DNA of 49,936 bases, from positions 64,001-113,936 of IMG/VR virus record IMGVR_UViG_3300046804_001058. One strand, written 5' to 3'. Position numbers and translations under genes: made by a program. This stretch comes from a virus (lineage: Duplodnaviria > Heunggongvirae > Uroviricota > Caudoviricetes). Below the pieces are notes generated by a model. It saw only the letters and a list, made by a program, of their open reading frames with translations. It ran no database searches and was not told where the DNA came from. Positions within the stretch are counted from its first letter, which is position 1. The number at the start of each line of letters is the position of its first letter. This document shows positions 8,796-17,106 of the stretch, one piece after another.

Positions 8796-9514
8796 TGAAA
8801 AAATTATTGATACTTCTTGTAACATTTTTATATACAAATTTGTTACAAGCCCAGCTAGCTAAAACCTCTACAGAGCAATACAAGGCTAGCTTTGAGAAGG
8901 CTATAGATATTTCAAGCTTTATGGATTATGACGGACCTCAAATCCCTATTCAAATCCTGAAGTGTGGTATCAATGATGAGATGTACGAGATGTACCCTGA
9001 GCTTAAAGAGAAACGTGTGGGCTTAGGTGTAGCTAATATATCTATGGAATATTTAGAAAATCTTAACAGATTCAAGTTTACAGAAGATAAAACTGAAATC
9101 AAGAACAGGATGGTTAAGCAGTTCCAAGCTAGTCAAGCTGGAATATCTGAGAACAAACTGGACGGACGTGGCAAGATTAACCTTGCAAAGTACTTTGTAA
9201 CTATTGAATGTTATGATTATAGTATTTCAGAAGATGAGACTATTAGCCTTAAGGATGGTACAAAGCAACTTATGGTTACCAGGATTGGTTTACAAGTTAG
9301 ATTCACTGATGCTGAGACTGGGGTGGTATTTAGTGGTTCTGGGCTTGGTGATGCAAAAACTACCAAAGAAACTGCTGGGATAACATCAGATGCTGCACTG
9401 GACCCTGTTAAATTTAATCAATCAACCATATCTATTGCTACGAAGAAAGCTCTAGATATAGCATGTGCTCGTATTCTAGATAGAATGGTGAAGAAAGGAA
9501 TCTTCACAAAGTAA
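8795..9514 (+). CDS. CsgG/HfaB (TolB_N-fold)-like exported protein
   Basis: Sec signal (...LLQA/Q); RVGLGVANISMEYLENLNRFKFTE; IGLQVRFTDAETGVVFSGSG; C-terminal helix ISIATKKALDIAC. Confidence 0.7.
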   Translation: MKKLLILLVTFLYTNLLQAQLAKTSTEQYKASFEKAIDISSFMDYDGPQIPIQILKCGINDEMYEMYPELKEKRVGLGVANISMEYLENLNRFKFTEDKTEIKNRMVKQFQASQAGISENKLDGRGKINLAKYFVTIECYDYSISEDETISLKDGTKQLMVTRIGLQVRFTDAETGVVFSGSGLGDAKTTKETAGITSDAALDPVKFNQSTISIATKKALDIACARILDRMVKKGIFTK

Positions 9515-10725
9515 TGAAACAGTTTATATTCATTTTAATAACAGTAGTATTACTACCAACTTATGCGTATTGCCAAACCATTATCCAAACTTGGACGGAC
9601 CCTTGTACTAAAGTTACAAGTGTATTTAGCATTCCTATTACTGGCAGCACCACTATTGTTTTTTATAATAAATACAAGACTTTTACAGCTAACGATGTAC
9701 GTAGTGGGGCTTTTCAAGCCTGGATCAATGAAGTTTACGCAGAGTACCAAAAGCTATCTCCGTGCTCAGTGGCACAAACAACGCAAACTGCTACAGCTAT
9801 TACAGCATCTGCTGTCTCATCCGCTGTAGGAGCTGCTGTTAGTGGAGCTGCTTCTTCTGCTGCTAGTTCAGCTGCAGGTGCTGCAGCATCTAGTGCTGCT
9901 AGTTCTGCTTCAACAGGTGGTGGTGGTGATAGTGGAGGTGGTGGTAGTTCTGAAGCTAGCTCTTCTGAAAGCTCTTCAGGGGAATCTAAATCAGAATCTA
10001 AATCTGAAAGCAAGGGGGGAGGGGGTAAGTCCTCTTCTAAATCTGGAGGAAAGAGTCAAGCTAAAATGAATCCTATACTGTTTAACTCTGACCTCACTGG
10101 AGGACAAACATTAGATGGTTCTGTAAACGCTGTTATTACATCAGGTATATCACAGAGCTCTATGGCTGGTGATGTAAGTTGGGGAGTAACAGGAATGATC
10201 TGGAGCAACTTTAGACAGTTTGCTCTTTCAGGTAGATATACAAAGATGAACATGAATGAGCAAGGAAATCTTGCTAGTATATCTAACTTTGGTGGTACAG
10301 TGGCATATGCCTTTGGTAATGTGTTTGGGTTTGTAACATACGCTCAGATATTCCCTTTAGGAAAATGGGGAGTGACAGGTGCAAATGCTACAATCAGTGT
10401 AGCGTCTGCAGACTACGGTGTAGAAGGTGAAAAACAATTCACCACAACCCATTCATTACTATTATTCTACACTAAACCATTTAGTGTAAATAGAAGACTG
10501 ACCATATCTCCTGATCTATATATCTCTGGGAGCCCTGTAACTTATGGAACAAAGGATAATTCCTTTACAGTAAGTGAAGATATGATGTTCCTTACAGGCT
10601 TCAGTATGGACTATTCAATAACCAAAAGATTCAAGTTCAATACAGGTGTTAGGACCAGCTTGAGTACAAATCCAAGTATTCCAATGTTACTATTTATGGT
10701 AGTTGGAAGTAAGATAAATCTCTAA
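9514..10725 (+). CDS. Exported protein with Ala/Ser/Gly linker and probable C-terminal outer-membrane beta-barrel
   Basis: Signal peptide, paired Cys, low-complexity linker, ~215 aa of amphipathic aromatic-rich strands ending VVGSKINL. Confidence 0.65.
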   Translation: MKQFIFILITVVLLPTYAYCQTIIQTWTDPCTKVTSVFSIPITGSTTIVFYNKYKTFTANDVRSGAFQAWINEVYAEYQKLSPCSVAQTTQTATAITASAVSSAVGAAVSGAASSAASSAAGAAASSAASSASTGGGGDSGGGGSSEASSSESSSGESKSESKSESKGGGGKSSSKSGGKSQAKMNPILFNSDLTGGQTLDGSVNAVITSGISQSSMAGDVSWGVTGMIWSNFRQFALSGRYTKMNMNEQGNLASISNFGGTVAYAFGNVFGFVTYAQIFPLGKWGVTGANATISVASADYGVEGEKQFTTTHSLLLFYTKPFSVNRRLTISPDLYISGSPVTYGTKDNSFTVSEDMMFLTGFSMDYSITKRFKFNTGVRTSLSTNPSIPMLLFMVVGSKINL

Positions 10726-10740
10726 TCAATTTGATTAGAG
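10720..10740. repeat. Perfect 10-bp inverted repeat CTCTAATCAA-T-TTGATTAGAG
   Basis: Read directly; spans the stop codon of the beta-barrel gene. Confidence 0.85.
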
Positions 10741-10781
10741 TTGACTTAATTAATTTGGTTATACCAATTTAATAAAGCTCA

Positions 10782-10811
10782 TTGATTATAGTAAAAAACA
10801 ACATATCTTTG
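10782..10811 (+). promoter_or_regulatory. Bacteroidota-type sigma70 promoter
   Basis: TTG(10782)-N19-TATCTTTG(10804-10811). Confidence 0.65.
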
Positions 10812-10830
10812 AACATTAATTTTTTTAATC

Positions 10831-11604
10831 ATGGCAATACCTTCTAGACAGATTGGCTGGGGCACAGAAGAGAACCTTTTGTGGCAGATATCTAAGCAAT
10901 TAGAATATCTTACTAGAGTTATATATAATATACCCAATAACACAACAACAACTACTTCTACAACAACAACTGCAGCTCCAGTTCCTGGAAATGTAGATAT
11001 TCCTGCTAGTACACAATTTGATATTGTAGGAGACTTTACAATTGAGATGTTTGTTAACATGTCAAATCTTGATGGTTTCCCACGTCCATATAGTTTTGGT
11101 GCATATCCTGCTCCTAATGCTATGTCAATTGAAGGAGGTCAGTTATATTTCTGGGCTAATAATGCTGCATTAATCAATGGTTCATTCTCTCCTAGTGTAG
11201 GACAATGGTATCATATTTGTGTAATGGGTTATGGCTCTACAGCATACATGTTTGTTGATGGTGTAGAAGTAGCAAATTCTCCTTATGGAGGATCTATTTC
11301 TAGCCAAGGTTTACCATTAACAATTGGATATGGTAATGAGTCTGGCTCTTATTTCAATGGTTTAATAAGTAACTTTAGATGGAGTAATATTGCTATGTAT
11401 CCTACAACTGGATTCTCAGTGCCTACAGCACCATTAGGATATGATGGTGGAACAGTAGTGTTAATATTCCAAGGTACTACATTAAATGATGAGTTATCAG
11501 ATCAAACTGGTAATGGACATAATGCTAGCAACACTGGAGCTACGTACTCTTCAAGCAATCCATTTGTTGGATATGAAGGATCATTACAAATGGGAACAGT
11601 TTAA
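10831..11604 (+). CDS. LamG/ConA-like domain protein with Thr-rich linker; probable virion fibre/appendage
   Basis: GDFTIEMFV, GQWYHICV, YMFVDGVEV, YFNGLISNFRW (LamG); NTTTTTSTTTTAAP linker. Confidence 0.75.
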   Translation: MAIPSRQIGWGTEENLLWQISKQLEYLTRVIYNIPNNTTTTTSTTTTAAPVPGNVDIPASTQFDIVGDFTIEMFVNMSNLDGFPRPYSFGAYPAPNAMSIEGGQLYFWANNAALINGSFSPSVGQWYHICVMGYGSTAYMFVDGVEVANSPYGGSISSQGLPLTIGYGNESGSYFNGLISNFRWSNIAMYPTTGFSVPTAPLGYDGGTVVLIFQGTTLNDELSDQTGNGHNASNTGATYSSSNPFVGYEGSLQMGTV

Positions 11605-11615
11605 ACTAATTAGAA

Positions 11616-12017
11616 ATGGCAATACCAAGTAAACAGATAGGACAACCATCAAGTACAAAAGCAGCTTTGCTTTGGGACATTTCTAAGCAATTAGAATTGA
11701 TGACACAAGTGGCAGGTAATGTTGTAGTACCTCAAATAACTACTATATATAGTAATGAGTTATCTTTTCCTATATCATACACTAGCATGATTTTAAGATG
11801 TAATAATACAGGAAATAATTTAGGAAACTATATATACACAAGTGAAACTGTAAATGACATAAATGAATTAGTTACTTTATTTAATAATAATCTTGAAGCA
11901 GCTGCTATTGGTACATATAGTGCTTCTGGATCAAATGTTTTAGCATTAACTACAACTAAATCTATAGAAGCATGTTGTGTTGGAGACGCAGTTTACATAG
12001 ATGTTTTTAATGACTAA
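11616..12017 (+). CDS. Hypothetical protein sharing its N-terminal module with 10831
   Basis: MAIPSKQIG...LLWDISKQLE vs MAIPSRQIG...LLWQISKQLE. Confidence 0.75.
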   Translation: MAIPSKQIGQPSSTKAALLWDISKQLELMTQVAGNVVVPQITTIYSNELSFPISYTSMILRCNNTGNNLGNYIYTSETVNDINELVTLFNNNLEAAAIGTYSASGSNVLALTTTKSIEACCVGDAVYIDVFND

Positions 12018-12044
12018 CTCAAAACAAACCAACAATAACTACAT

Positions 12045-13061
12045 ATGAAGGATTTAAAGTTTATCTGTGCTCAGCCAGATGATACCTACTACACATGGCA
12101 GGTACATGCATGGTTAGAGAGTTTAAAAGCTCTTGGGCACTCAGACAAAGCAATTGTATTAGTATATACACCTAGCTTTAGAGAGAAAAGTGATAAATGG
12201 CAGAAGATAGTAGATTTATATCCAGAAGCAGAATTTGCTTTCTATCAAGATAGTGGAGATGTAAGTAAGTATTTAGGAGTGTATATTCCTGTCTTACGTC
12301 CATATGTTTTGATGAGATATTTTCAGGATCATCCTGAAATGGTAGCTAAAGCAGTGTTCTATTGTGATTGTGATATTCTATTTACAGATAAATTTGATGT
12401 AGAAAAGTATAAAGATGATGATATAAACTATCTATCTGATACTAACAGCTACATAAATGCTTCATATTTTGATAGTAAAGTTAAAGACGTAAAAGCTGAT
12501 AAGCTTGACGAATATAAAACTAGAGACATCCTTGCAGAAGTTACAAGCTTCATAGGAATCAATAGAGAAATAGCAGAAGCTAATAACTTAAACTCTGGAG
12601 GAGCTCAATACTTCCTTAAGAATATAGATGCTAACTTCTGGAAGAAGGTGATGAATGATTGTATTATCATCCGCAGTTACCTTCAACATATAAATAAAGA
12701 ATTCTTCCCTAGTGAAGAAAAAGGATTTCAAAGCTGGTGTGCAGATATGTGGGCTGTGTTATGGAACCTTTGGTTGAGAGACCAAGAAACTAAAAACATT
12801 CCTGAAATGGACTTCTCTTGGGCAACAGACCCAATTGAGAAGGTTGAAAGACTGGGATTGTTTCACAATGCAGGAGTAACAGCAAGAAATATGTTTGGTT
12901 ACCCAGCGTTTTACAAAGGAACATACCACACAGGTAAGAATCCTTTTGATGATACTCATATGCTCACTGTAGCAAATGATGAAACATCACAAAAACATGG
13001 TACCTATTACTATGTTACAAAACTATTAGAATTAAAAAACAAATATAACCTTAACTATTAA
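12045..13061 (+). CDS. GT-A glycosyltransferase resembling peptide O-glycosyltransferases (GT95/GT96-like)
   Basis: YCDCDILF (DxD), VLRPYV, GGAQYFLK, SWCADMWAVLW, LFHNAG. Confidence 0.6.
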   Translation: MKDLKFICAQPDDTYYTWQVHAWLESLKALGHSDKAIVLVYTPSFREKSDKWQKIVDLYPEAEFAFYQDSGDVSKYLGVYIPVLRPYVLMRYFQDHPEMVAKAVFYCDCDILFTDKFDVEKYKDDDINYLSDTNSYINASYFDSKVKDVKADKLDEYKTRDILAEVTSFIGINREIAEANNLNSGGAQYFLKNIDANFWKKVMNDCIIIRSYLQHINKEFFPSEEKGFQSWCADMWAVLWNLWLRDQETKNIPEMDFSWATDPIEKVERLGLFHNAGVTARNMFGYPAFYKGTYHTGKNPFDDTHMLTVANDETSQKHGTYYYVTKLLELKNKYNLNY

Positions 13062-13082
13062 CCTAATTAAAAACAAAAAATT

Positions 13083-13511
13083 ATGGGAAGCAATCAAAAC
13101 TTAAAAGCTTTTGTTCGTTACGATGGTAGCAACAGAGTAGTTGCAGGTAGTCTTATCTTCAGAAGAAAGAAACCTACAGTTGGCAAATGGCATGAAATTA
13201 ACAGAAATGAATGTTGCAATTTTGACCAATCAACTATTGTAGTAAATGTACAAAGTTCATTTCCTTTTAACTATCCAGACTTTGTTCTAGAATCTGATGG
13301 TGGGCCGTACACATACCAATTTTATTCTGGAGATAATACAACAGTAAATGATGTATATGAGTTAGCAGACTACAACAACAACAGATATGGTTTTGTTGGT
13401 ACATTTAAAGTGTTAAGCGGTGAATTAGTATTCACTCCAAATGCTTCAACTGCTGCTTACTTTGCTGCTGCTGGTGCTGATGGACTTGCTGCTTATTCAT
13501 TTGCTGACTAA
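13083..13511 (+). CDS. Hypothetical protein, probably virion-associated
   Basis: ORF track; N-terminal LKAFVRYDGSNRVVAGSLIFRRKKP module plus variable C-terminus. Confidence 0.7.
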   Translation: MGSNQNLKAFVRYDGSNRVVAGSLIFRRKKPTVGKWHEINRNECCNFDQSTIVVNVQSSFPFNYPDFVLESDGGPYTYQFYSGDNTTVNDVYELADYNNNRYGFVGTFKVLSGELVFTPNASTAAYFAAAGADGLAAYSFAD

Positions 13512-13526
13512 TTAAAAACTATAACA

Positions 13527-13673
13527 ATGGCAGAAAATATTAAAGAACACGTTGCTAAAATTAAAGCAATAATTGGTAAAGAAGCTCCTCAAACTGTTGT
13601 AGAAACTACAACAGAAACTACAACTAGAGCTGATTTAGAAGACGTACCTGAATATCCTTTAAACCAAGACTAA
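13527..13673 (+). CDS. Small Thr-rich protein (48 aa)
   Basis: MAENIKEHVAKIK...VVETTTETTTRAD; TAATG coupling with the next gene. Confidence 0.6.
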   Translation: MAENIKEHVAKIKAIIGKEAPQTVVETTTETTTRADLEDVPEYPLNQD

Positions 13674-14086
13674 TGGCAAAATCATTATTTCCAGAAAAAA
13701 TGATGGAAGGAGTATCGTTAAACTTAGACTCAATCAAAGCTAAGTTAAACTACTTTGATTTACAACTGCATGAACTACACTGGCAAACAAGATCTCTAGC
13801 TGAGCATTTAGCTCTAGGAGATGCTTATGACATGGTAGCTGATATCAAAGATGAAATTGTAGAGAAAATTATGGGTTACACAGGAACTAGAACTAAAGCT
13901 ATGCCTGTAGATCCTATTAAACCATATGCTCCAGGGGTACCTGATCAGGTTATCAATGAGCTTATGAGCTTTGCAAAACAACTAGAAGCATTTGGTGAAT
14001 CAAACGGAATGCCTGACATTGAAAATATTGCACAATCCTTATCTGGGGACGCAGCTAAAATCAAATATCGTTTAACGTTATCTTAA
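13673..14086 (+). CDS. Ferritin/Dps-like four-helix-bundle protein (DUF5856-like)
   Basis: LHELHWQTRSLAEHLALGDAYD...DEIVEKIMG; KIKYRLTL C-terminus. Confidence 0.7.
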   Translation: MAKSLFPEKMMEGVSLNLDSIKAKLNYFDLQLHELHWQTRSLAEHLALGDAYDMVADIKDEIVEKIMGYTGTRTKAMPVDPIKPYAPGVPDQVINELMSFAKQLEAFGESNGMPDIENIAQSLSGDAAKIKYRLTLS

Positions 14087-14376
14087 TGCAGATTAACAAA
14101 AAGTATTTTCCCAAGATAATGCAAGATAATGAGAGTATTTATTTTGCACATCTTGAGGGAATCATTGATTCAATAGATGAACTGTCTACCTTAGAGATAG
14201 TTAGAAACCCTCGTTCTTATCATTTTAGATTGGCTCCTAGTGTACCAAAGTATACACAACCTCTACTAGAAGAACTGTTGAAGTTTCATAACATGTTTAA
14301 GATTAGACTACAGTTGTCTAAAAGCATTAAGAGTTCAGCAACTATCGTGTTTGAAATAAATTTGGAGGATTCGTAA
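14086..14376 (+). CDS. Hypothetical protein
   Basis: ORF track; translationally coupled. Confidence 0.7.
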   Translation: MQINKKYFPKIMQDNESIYFAHLEGIIDSIDELSTLEIVRNPRSYHFRLAPSVPKYTQPLLEELLKFHNMFKIRLQLSKSIKSSATIVFEINLEDS

Positions 14377-14392
14377 GAATTACATACCTTCG
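14361..14392 (+). promoter_or_regulatory. Probable promoter (TAnnTTCG variant)
   Basis: TTTG(14361)-N20-TACCTTCG(14385-14392). Confidence 0.5.
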
Positions 14393-14416
14393 TACTTAAA
14401 CCAAAAAAATTATATT

Positions 14417-14701
14417 ATGTCAGAAGAAATTAAAGAGTTTGCTCCAGTGGTGGAAGCGTCTGAAGGTCCTAAGTTTGATCCTAATAAGAAATATACATGG
14501 ACTAATGATGCTAATATTGTAATTTCTGGTGCAGAGTTTGGATTAATTTTAAATGCTTTACGTGGTGTTACAGGCACACAAGAGGCACAAGCAATTTTCT
14601 TAGCTGCAAAAGCTGCTGATAAAGTTGAAGATGTATTAGTTAGAAACGTGGAGAATGGAGTGATCGTTGAAGCTCCAGAAACCCCTAAAGGAAGTTTATA
14701 A
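14417..14701 (+). CDS. Hypothetical protein
   Basis: ORF track; A-rich leader. Confidence 0.7.
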   Translation: MSEEIKEFAPVVEASEGPKFDPNKKYTWTNDANIVISGAEFGLILNALRGVTGTQEAQAIFLAAKAADKVEDVLVRNVENGVIVEAPETPKGSL

Positions 14702-14847
14702 TGGCTAAACAAATGATTAAACGCAAGGATGGTTCTGTCTCACAACGTGGCTTGTGGGACAACATCCGTGCTAACAAAGGTTCTGGGAAGAAACCTACGG
14801 CTGCTATGCTTAAGCAGGAAAAGAAAATCAAAGCAAAAGGAAAATGA
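14701..14847 (+). CDS. Small Lys-rich protein (48 aa)
   Basis: MAKQMIKRKDGSVSQRGLWDNIRANKGSGKKPTAAMLKQEKKIKAKGK; TAATG and ATGA overlaps. Confidence 0.7.
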   Translation: MAKQMIKRKDGSVSQRGLWDNIRANKGSGKKPTAAMLKQEKKIKAKGK

Positions 14848-15044
14848 TCTATGAACCTGTAAACAGAATAGATGTTACCACTCCTAAAGGTGATGGAATC
14901 ATCTGGCTGGTTACAGATTATGGTCATGAAACAGATACTATGTATACTGTGATTATTAATGATACAGGAGAACTGTGGCAATTTACTCACAAGGATATAA
15001 TAGTTAAACCTAATATAACATTTAGAAGAAATGGCAAGCATTAA
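14844..15044 (+). CDS. Hypothetical protein
   Basis: ORF track; VTTPKGDGIIWLVTDYG, beta-rich. Confidence 0.7.
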   Translation: MIYEPVNRIDVTTPKGDGIIWLVTDYGHETDTMYTVIINDTGELWQFTHKDIIVKPNITFRRNGKH

Positions 15045-15423
15045 GAAACCAGGTCCTTATAATCCTCAAAAGGCTACAGCTTATGTAGGTAAGGGGGTTT
15101 TAAAGAATGGTGGTGGCATTACTCCTGTTCCTAATGGTCATCTTATTAAGAAAGATGGTACATCATTAAAGAATGGTGGTAAAGTTACAGTGATTGCTGG
15201 TGGTGAAAAACATGTTGTATATAAAAAGACTAGTCCTACAGGTGTTGGTAAAGGTAAGAAAGGTCACATTATGGTAAACCATCCTACTAAAGACAAAGGC
15301 AAGTGGGATACTATAGATCTTACAAAGATAGGTAGAGCCAAAACTGTTAAACAGGGTGTTGCTTCTACAAAGAAATGGCACAAGGACAATCCTGATTATA
15401 AGTATAAAGGTAAAAAGAAATAA
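15031..15423 (+). CDS. Lys-rich protein with LKNGG motifs
   Basis: ORF track. Confidence 0.75.
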   Translation: MASIKKPGPYNPQKATAYVGKGVLKNGGGITPVPNGHLIKKDGTSLKNGGKVTVIAGGEKHVVYKKTSPTGVGKGKKGHIMVNHPTKDKGKWDTIDLTKIGRAKTVKQGVASTKKWHKDNPDYKYKGKKK

Positions 15424-15424
15424 C

Positions 15425-15751
15425 ATGGCAACAGTTAAGAAGCAACAAGCAGCTATTGCTATTGCAATGAAAAAAGCAGGTAAAACACCTAAGTCTATGA
15501 AAGATGGTGGTTCTACACCAGCTTGGCAAAGAAAAGAAGGTAAGAGTCCTTCTGGTGGGCTCAACGCAAAAGGTAGAGCTTCTTTAAAAGCTGCTGGTCA
15601 TGACATTAAAGCTCCACAACCTGAAGGTGGTCCTAGAAAGAAATCATTTTGTGCTAGGATGACAGGTATGAAAAAGAAACTCACATCTGCTAAAACAGCT
15701 AATGATCCTAATAGCAGAATTAATAAATCACTTCGTAAATGGAAATGTTAA
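15425..15751 (+). CDS. Lys-rich protein, DUF6321-like C-terminal domain
   Basis: TPAWQRKEGK..GGLNAKGRAS...RKKSFCARM...DPNSRINKSLRKWKC; start moved to MATVKK. Confidence 0.75.
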   Translation: MATVKKQQAAIAIAMKKAGKTPKSMKDGGSTPAWQRKEGKSPSGGLNAKGRASLKAAGHDIKAPQPEGGPRKKSFCARMTGMKKKLTSAKTANDPNSRINKSLRKWKC

Positions 15752-15752
15752 C

Positions 15753-16220
15753 ATGGCAATAGTAAAAAAAGCAGCAGTTAAAAAAACTGTAAAAAAGGCT
15801 CAATTAGGATATTCTATTGGTACTTACACTACTAGAGATAAAGATGGATATACCACTCTTGATAGATTCAAGAATGAAAAAGGAGAAGATAGATATTATA
15901 GATCTACTGGTCCTGATTTAGCTGCTTTACAAAAACAAAATAGTAGAAAAGCTTTAATGAATAGACCTGACTCTGTAATATCTAGCACTTTATCTCCAAG
16001 AGAAAGAGAAGTTATGAAGTCTCAGGAGAATCCTATGAAAAAAGGTGGTAAGATAGCAAAAGCTAAAGATGGTAAATGGATGCAGAAAGCTGCAGCTTCC
16101 ATCAAACGTAGAGGTACAGAAGGAAAATGTACCCCAATTACTAAACCAGGTTGTACTGGTAAAGCAAAAGCATTGGCAAAAACATTTAAAAAAATAGCTG
16201 CAAAGCGTAAATCCAAGTAA
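15753..16220 (+). CDS. Lys-rich protein
   Basis: MAIVKKAAVKK...MKKGGK...KGKAKALAKTFKKIAAKRK. Confidence 0.75.
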   Translation: MAIVKKAAVKKTVKKAQLGYSIGTYTTRDKDGYTTLDRFKNEKGEDRYYRSTGPDLAALQKQNSRKALMNRPDSVISSTLSPREREVMKSQENPMKKGGKIAKAKDGKWMQKAAASIKRRGTEGKCTPITKPGCTGKAKALAKTFKKIAAKRKSK

Positions 16221-16221
16221 A

Positions 16222-16683
16222 ATGGCAACTGTAAAGAAAACAAAAAAATACCAAGGTGGAGGAGATGTTCCTTCATGGGCTTCTAAAGTTAATGAACAAA
16301 CTAGAGCTGAGATGAAGAATCCTGCGTTAGGTGATGAAAGACGTAGAAAAGCAGATAGTACAGCAATGGCTGCTTGGAAGAAAGCTGCTGACTTTGAGCG
16401 TGCTTATCATAAAAAAGAAGGCAACAAAATTGAAGATAGACCAAGTGGTTCTACTGCGTATACTGTTGTAGCTAAGAAGAAAGAAATGAAAACAGGTGGT
16501 AAGATGAAAAAAGCTAAGTCTGGTGGTTCATTCCCTGACTTAAACAAAGACGGTAAAATCACTAAGGCTGACATCTTAAAAGGTCGTGGTGTTATTGCTA
16601 AGAAAGGTGCAAAGATTGCAAAGAAAGCTGCAAAGGTTGTTAAGGTGGCTAAAAAAGTTGTTAAATCTGTTAAAAAGAAATAA
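16222..16683 (+). CDS. Lys-rich protein with EF-hand loop
   Basis: KYQGGGDVP, MKTGGK, FPDLNKDGKITKADILKGRG. Confidence 0.75.
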   Translation: MATVKKTKKYQGGGDVPSWASKVNEQTRAEMKNPALGDERRRKADSTAMAAWKKAADFERAYHKKEGNKIEDRPSGSTAYTVVAKKKEMKTGGKMKKAKSGGSFPDLNKDGKITKADILKGRGVIAKKGAKIAKKAAKVVKVAKKVVKSVKKK

Positions 16684-16685
16684 TC

Positions 16686-17105
16686 ATGGCTAAGATAAGT
16701 AAATCACAAAAGTATCAAACTGGAGGAGATGTTCCTAAAGGATATGTCAAAGGTGAGATGACTGGTAGACTATATAAAAAAGAAGCTATGGAGAAGCATG
16801 AATCTGCTATGGCTGATGCTTTAGATAGACAAGCTGGTAAAGGTAAGTATGCTCCTAAAAAGAATGATGCTATCAAAAACGCTGCTCCTAAAAAGAAAAT
16901 GAAGAATGGCGGTAGTTTATCAGGATTAAAAGCTGGTACTAAACGTGTAGGACCTGTAGATGCTAAAGGTGCTTGGACCAAAGTTCAAGAGAAAACATTA
17001 GCTAAGTCTAAAGGTAAAGCTACATTAAAGAAAGACAAACCATTAGGTGCTACTAAAATGAAAATGGGTGGTGCTATGAAAAAATGTAAGTATGGCTGCA
17101 AGTAA
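16686..17105 (+). CDS. Lys-rich protein
   Basis: KYQTGGDVP, MKNGGS, MKMGGA. Confidence 0.75.
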   Translation: MAKISKSQKYQTGGDVPKGYVKGEMTGRLYKKEAMEKHESAMADALDRQAGKGKYAPKKNDAIKNAAPKKKMKNGGSLSGLKAGTKRVGPVDAKGAWTKVQEKTLAKSKGKATLKKDKPLGATKMKMGGAMKKCKYGCK

Positions 17106-17106
17106 T

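Noticed and set aside
9553-10253. Several overlapping and antisense ORFs in the low-complexity linker
   Set aside because: Artefacts of GCT/TCT/GGT codon repetition, which lacks stops in alternative frames.
10831-13511. Diversity-generating retroelement acting on fibre genes
   Set aside because: No reverse transcriptase and no TR/VR pair differing at adenines was seen in the window.
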